Positions 28,637-32,000 of a stretch of DNA of 32,000 nt are shown one piece after another. The notes beneath the pieces were generated by a model, which saw nothing but the letters and a program-made list of their open reading frames with translations, did not search any database and was not told where the DNA came from. The stretch lies in assembly GCF_014252315.1 (NCBI RefSeq), contig NZ_CP059216.1, positions 1-32,000 of the forward strand, given 5' to 3'. This stretch comes from Candidatus Saccharimonadota bacterium. GTDB taxonomy: Bacteria; Bacteroidota; Bacteroidia; Flavobacteriales; Blattabacteriaceae. The translations under genes and the position numbers were made by a program. How positions within the stretch are numbered: position 1 is the stretch's first letter; every line of letters begins with the position of its first letter.

Positions 28637-28640
28637 TATT

Positions 28641-29318
28641 TCAGTTTTTTTTCTTTTTTTCTAATATTTCGTCAATCATTCCATATTCTTTTGCTTCCAT
28701 AGAATCCATCCAATAATCTCTATCCGAATCTTTTTCAATTTTATCTATTGGTAATCCTGAATGATAAGATATAATTTCATATAATTCCTTTTTTAATTTT
28801 AAAATTTCACGAACAGTAATTTCAATATCTGAAGCTTGTCCTTGTGTACTTCCAATAGGTTGATGTATCATAATTCTGGAATGTTTTAAAGAAGATCTTT
28901 TTTTATCTTTTCCAGAACAAAGTAATACAGCAGCCATAGAAGCGGCTACTCCAGTACAAATAGTTGCAACATCTGGATCTACTATTTGCATAGTATCATA
29001 TATACCTAATCCAGCATAAACATCTCCACCAGGAGAATTTATATATATTTGAATATCTTTTTTAGAATCTACAGATTGTAAAAATAGTAATTGAGCTTGT
29101 ATAATATTTCCTATTTGATCTACTATAGGAGTTCCTAAAAAAATAACTCTATCCATCATCAATCTAGAAAATACATCCATTTGAGCTATATTTAGTTTTC
29201 TTTCTTCAACAATATATGGAGTTGTTAATTTTATATATTCATCTATATATAGACTATTAATTTTATTATGTTTAATAGCATATTTTATAAATTCTTTTGA
29301 ACATTTTTTATAATTCAT
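28641..29318 (-). CDS. clpP: ATP-dependent Clp protease proteolytic subunit ClpP
   Basis: 225-aa ORF. The catalytic triad context is intact (GVAASMAA, IMIHQP, RDYWM). INSPGG motif present. Confidence 0.95.
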   Translation of the reverse strand: MNYKKCSKEFIKYAIKHNKINSLYIDEYIKLTTPYIVEERKLNIAQMDVFSRLMMDRVIFLGTPIVDQIGNIIQAQLLFLQSVDSKKDIQIYINSPGGDVYAGLGIYDTMQIVDPDVATICTGVAASMAAVLLCSGKDKKRSSLKHSRIMIHQPIGSTQGQASDIEITVREILKLKKELYEIISYHSGLPIDKIEKDSDRDYWMDSMEAKEYGMIDEILEKKKKN

Positions 29319-29344
29319 TATATCCTATAAATAAAAATTTATAT

Positions 29345-29372
29345 CAAAGTTACTTATAACTTGTAATTCAAA
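29345..29372 (-). promoter_or_regulatory. Weak candidate Bacteroidota-type promoter for clpP
   Basis: On the minus strand, TTTG (plus 29369..29372) and TAACTTTG (plus 29345..29352) lie 26 nt upstream of the clpP ATG. The 16-nt spacer is shorter than the ~19-20 nt consensus, so support is low. Confidence 0.2.
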
Positions 29373-29437
29373 TATTTTTTATATAAAAATCTATGATAAA
29401 AAAATATTTAATAATTTTTTAAACCCAGTTTTATATT

Positions 29438-30907
29438 TTGTACAAAAAATTAGCTATACAAACAATTATTTATTCTATAGGATTAATTTTACCAAAATTT
29501 ATTAATTATATTTTTGTAAGATTTTTTACTTTTTCTTTAAAAAGAGAGGAATTTTCTATTTATACTGATATGTATGCTATATCTTTTTTGATTATAGGAT
29601 TATTATCATTTGGATTAGAAAATACTTATTTCAGATTTTTATATAAAAAAAATTACAATAAAAATATAGTGTTTTCTACAGCTATGATTATACAATTATC
29701 AATTGTTTTTTCATTTTTTATTATTTTTATAAATTTTATAAAAAAATTTATTTCCATTACAGGATACTCTAATCATCCAGAATATATTATTATGTTTTTT
29801 TTAATAATATTTTTTGATACTATATGTATTCTTCCTATGGCCTGGATACGTATTAATGAAAAACCTTTTTTGTATACATTTATAAATATGATTGTAATGT
29901 TTATACAATCATTTTTTGTTGTTTATATGTTTTTTTGTTATAATAATTATCATAATCTAAATTTAGAAAATAAATATTATTTATTGAATATATTTAATAT
30001 AATTAGTTCTTTTACAGATAAAATTGGTTATATATTTTTTTCTAATGTATTATCTTCTTTTATTAACTTTATATTAATAATTCCTATTATAATTCAGGAA
30101 TTACAATTTTCTAATTTTAAAAAATCTGTGGCAAAAAAAATGATAAATTATAGTTTTTCTATTATGCTTGGAACTATAGCCTTTTCTATAAATGAAAATT
30201 TAGATAAAATTTTAATTAAAAGATGGGGTTCAGATGAAATTAATGGATCATATTCCGCATGTTATAAAATAGCTTCTTTTATGAGTATGTATACAAGAAT
30301 GTTCAAATTAGGAATTGAACCATTTTTTTTTAAAAAATCTAAAGAATATAATGCAAAATGTTATTATGAAGATATTATTTATTTATTTATTTTATTTGGA
30401 TTAATTTTTTATGTTTTAACATGTGGAAATATGTCTTGGGGAATAAATATTTTAATAAATAAAAAATATCATACAGCAATGCATATTATTCCTATAATTA
30501 TGATGGCAAATTTATTTTTAGGTATATATACAAATTTATCAATATTTTATAAAATTATTGATAAACCTTTTATAGGAACTTATATATCATTAATAGGAGT
30601 AATAATTACATTTTTATTTAATATGATTTTTATATTACTTCCTAATAATAATTTTATAATACCTGCTTGGGGTACTTTTATATCTTATGGTTCTATGCTT
30701 TTTGTTATGTTTTTTTGGAGTAAAAAAAACTTTGGAAAAATTTTTTATAAAATAGAAAATATTTTAATTCATTTTTTAATAACAATTACTATTGTATACA
30801 TAATGAATAGAAATTCTATTATAGAATTAAATTTTGTTATTCAATTATTATATTTGATATTCATTATATTTTTTGAAAAAAAAAGATTATTAACTTTAAT
30901 AAAGTGA
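29438..30907 (+). CDS. MOP-superfamily polysaccharide/lipid-linked oligosaccharide flippase (Wzx/MurJ-like 'polysaccharide biosynthesis protein')
   Basis: 489-aa ORF with a TTG start and roughly 12-14 predicted hydrophobic spans. The N-terminus (LAIQTIIYSIGLILPKFINYIF) is of the flavobacterial polysaccharide-biosynthesis/flippase type. Sits in the flippase-dut-nucleotidyltransferase arrangement that I recall from free-living Flavobacteriia. Confidence 0.7.
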   Translation: MYKKLAIQTIIYSIGLILPKFINYIFVRFFTFSLKREEFSIYTDMYAISFLIIGLLSFGLENTYFRFLYKKNYNKNIVFSTAMIIQLSIVFSFFIIFINFIKKFISITGYSNHPEYIIMFFLIIFFDTICILPMAWIRINEKPFLYTFINMIVMFIQSFFVVYMFFCYNNYHNLNLENKYYLLNIFNIISSFTDKIGYIFFSNVLSSFINFILIIPIIIQELQFSNFKKSVAKKMINYSFSIMLGTIAFSINENLDKILIKRWGSDEINGSYSACYKIASFMSMYTRMFKLGIEPFFFKKSKEYNAKCYYEDIIYLFILFGLIFYVLTCGNMSWGINILINKKYHTAMHIIPIIMMANLFLGIYTNLSIFYKIIDKPFIGTYISLIGVIITFLFNMIFILLPNNNFIIPAWGTFISYGSMLFVMFFWSKKNFGKIFYKIENILIHFLITITIVYIMNRNSIIELNFVIQLLYLIFIIFFEKKRLLTLIK

Positions 30908-31278
30908 AAAATACTTCAAAACAAAAAAATTTTTTTCCAAAAATATTTTGTAATATAAATAATTCAATATCCATAGATTTTATGAATAGAAAATTAATTT
31001 CTACAGGACTTTATGTTTGTTCAAATTTTATTAAAAAATATCACTTTTTTATAAAAAAAATATTTGTAAATGCATTTTGTATAATTCATATTCAAAAAAA
31101 TATGGGACTTAAAATAGTTATAATAAATATTATACCTGAAACAAAAACTATTATTAATTATAAAGAAAAAATAGTTATAATAGATATATTACCTATAATT
31201 AATATAAATTGGATAGAATCATCTATTTTGAACAAAAGTAAAAGAGGGGAAAATTGTTTTGGAAGTACTGGAATATAA
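30904..31278 (+). CDS. dut: dUTPase-like protein, strongly eroded (possibly non-functional)
   Basis: 124-aa ORF with a GTG start overlapping the upstream stop (GTGA). It retains the dUTPase C-terminal motif 5 (KRGENCFGSTG, against the RG..GFGSTG consensus), ISTGL (against IPTGL) and the beta-strand LKIVIINI. Catalytic motif 2 (PRSG/S) and motif 3 (G.[IV]D.DYRGE) are replaced by IKKIF and CIIHIQKNMG. Confidence 0.55.
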   Translation: MKNTSKQKNFFPKIFCNINNSISIDFMNRKLISTGLYVCSNFIKKYHFFIKKIFVNAFCIIHIQKNMGLKIVIINIIPETKTIINYKEKIVIIDILPIININWIESSILNKSKRGENCFGSTGI

Positions 31279-31289
31279 AAAAAATATAA

Positions 31290-32000
31290 ATGAAAATTTT
31301 AATTCCTATAGCTGGAAAAGCTTCTCGTCTATATCCTCATACATTATATACTCCTAAAGCTTTTTTATCCATTGTCGGAAAATCAATTTTAAAAAGATTA
31401 CTAGATAACTTAACTGAGTTAATTAATTTTTTTTCTGTAAAAGAAATTATATTTATAATAAATAAAAATAAAATAAAAATAGAAGAAAAACTAAAAAAAT
31501 TAACATATGATATAGGAATACGTTCAATTATATATTATCAAAAAAATCCATTAGGAACAGCTGATGCTATATTAAAAGCTAAAGATTCTCTAAATGGACC
31601 AATAATTATTATATTTTCTGATATACTTATTAATAAAATTTATTTCAAAGATAAAATAAATAAAAATTGTGAAAATATCATATGGACTAAAAAAGTTAAA
31701 AATCCTCATTCATTTGGTGTTGTAAAATGTAATACTAATGGAATAATTACAAATTTTGTAGAAAAACCTAAAAATTTTATTTCTAACATGGCTATTGTGG
31801 GACTTTATTATTTTAAAAATAGTCTTCTTTTAAAAAAAGAAATAGAATATATAATAAATAACAAAATAAAAAATAATAAAGAATATCAATTAACATTAGT
31901 ATTAAACAATATGATAAAAAAAGGAGTAAAATTTTTTAATCAATCTGTTAAAAACTGGTTAGATTTTGGAAATAAAAAAAATATTATTTTATCAAATTCA
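31290..32000 (+). CDS. Sugar-phosphate nucleotidyltransferase (RmlA/GlmU-N-like), 3'-truncated by the window end
   Basis: Open frame from ATG 31290 to the window edge; I translated all 237 codons by hand and found no stop. It is not in the supplied ORF track. MKILIPIAGKASRLYPHTLYTPKAFLSIVGKSIL matches the G-x-G-t-R-L nucleotide-binding loop region. NPLGTADA and FGVV...G.I..FVEKP are typical of NTP_transferase folds. Confidence 0.75.
   Translation, partial: MKILIPIAGKASRLYPHTLYTPKAFLSIVGKSILKRLLDNLTELINFFSVKEIIFIINKNKIKIEEKLKKLTYDIGIRSIIYYQKNPLGTADAILKAKDSLNGPIIIIFSDILINKIYFKDKINKNCENIIWTKKVKNPHSFGVVKCNTNGIITNFVEKPKNFISNMAIVGLYYFKNSLLLKKEIEYIINNKIKNNKEYQLTLVLNNMIKKGVKFFNQSVKNWLDFGNKKNIILSNS

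Noticed and set aside
1-32000. Possible alternative genetic code (TGA = Trp), as in some tiny insect symbionts
   Set aside because: TGA terminates several well-delimited genes at the expected protein ends (for example truA at 18701..18703, mreD at 14121..14123 and the flippase at 30905..30907). Conserved Trp positions use TGG. The standard bacterial code fits.
1-32000. Search for CRISPR arrays, IS elements or transposases, integrases, phage remnants, toxin-antitoxin pairs, and tandem or dispersed repeats
   Set aside because: I saw no regularly spaced direct repeats and no terminal inverted repeats flanking any ORF. No ORF has transposase, integrase, nuclease or defence-like motifs. Intergenic space other than the aminotransferase remnant is at most ~127 bp. 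The region is syntenic housekeeping DNA.

Overview
This is a very AT-rich, tightly packed stretch of core (housekeeping) genome. It looks like a reduced Flavobacteriales/Bacteroidota insect endosymbiont, most like Blattabacterium, judged from gene content, a Bacteroidota-type tmRNA tag, the absence of Shine-Dalgarno sequences and TAnnTTTG-type promoter boxes. I did not run any alignment or compute base composition; all identifications rest on motifs I recognise in the supplied translations.

Genes in order: nusA-infB-aspS (+), ppa and a 2-oxoacid dehydrogenase E2 (-), nnr (+), lnt (-), tmRNA ssrA (-), the cell-elongation operon mreB-mreC-mreD-mrdA-rodA (-), and folK and ridA (+). A roughly 360-nt wreck of a class-III aminotransferase gene follows. 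After it come truA and an MsbA-like ABC exporter (+), a SurA-like PPIase (-), lptB and thiamine pyrophosphokinase (+), mdh (-), gcvP (+) and tsaD (-). The window ends with a tRNA-Ser/Pro/Arg cluster (+), clpP (-), and a MOP-family flippase, an eroded dut-like ORF and a partial sugar-phosphate nucleotidyltransferase (+).

The standard genetic code applies: TGA is a stop and TGG encodes Trp. I found no CRISPR array, mobile element, integrase, toxin-antitoxin or defence-like cassette, no unexplained large ORF, and no repeat structure beyond A/T homopolymers. I do not see a novel system here. The observations most worth a second look are signatures of genome erosion:
- the aminotransferase remnant;
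- a dUTPase homologue that has lost its catalytic motifs;
- lnt, whose only canonical ATG lies inside the tmRNA gene;
- convergent gene ends with no room for terminators.
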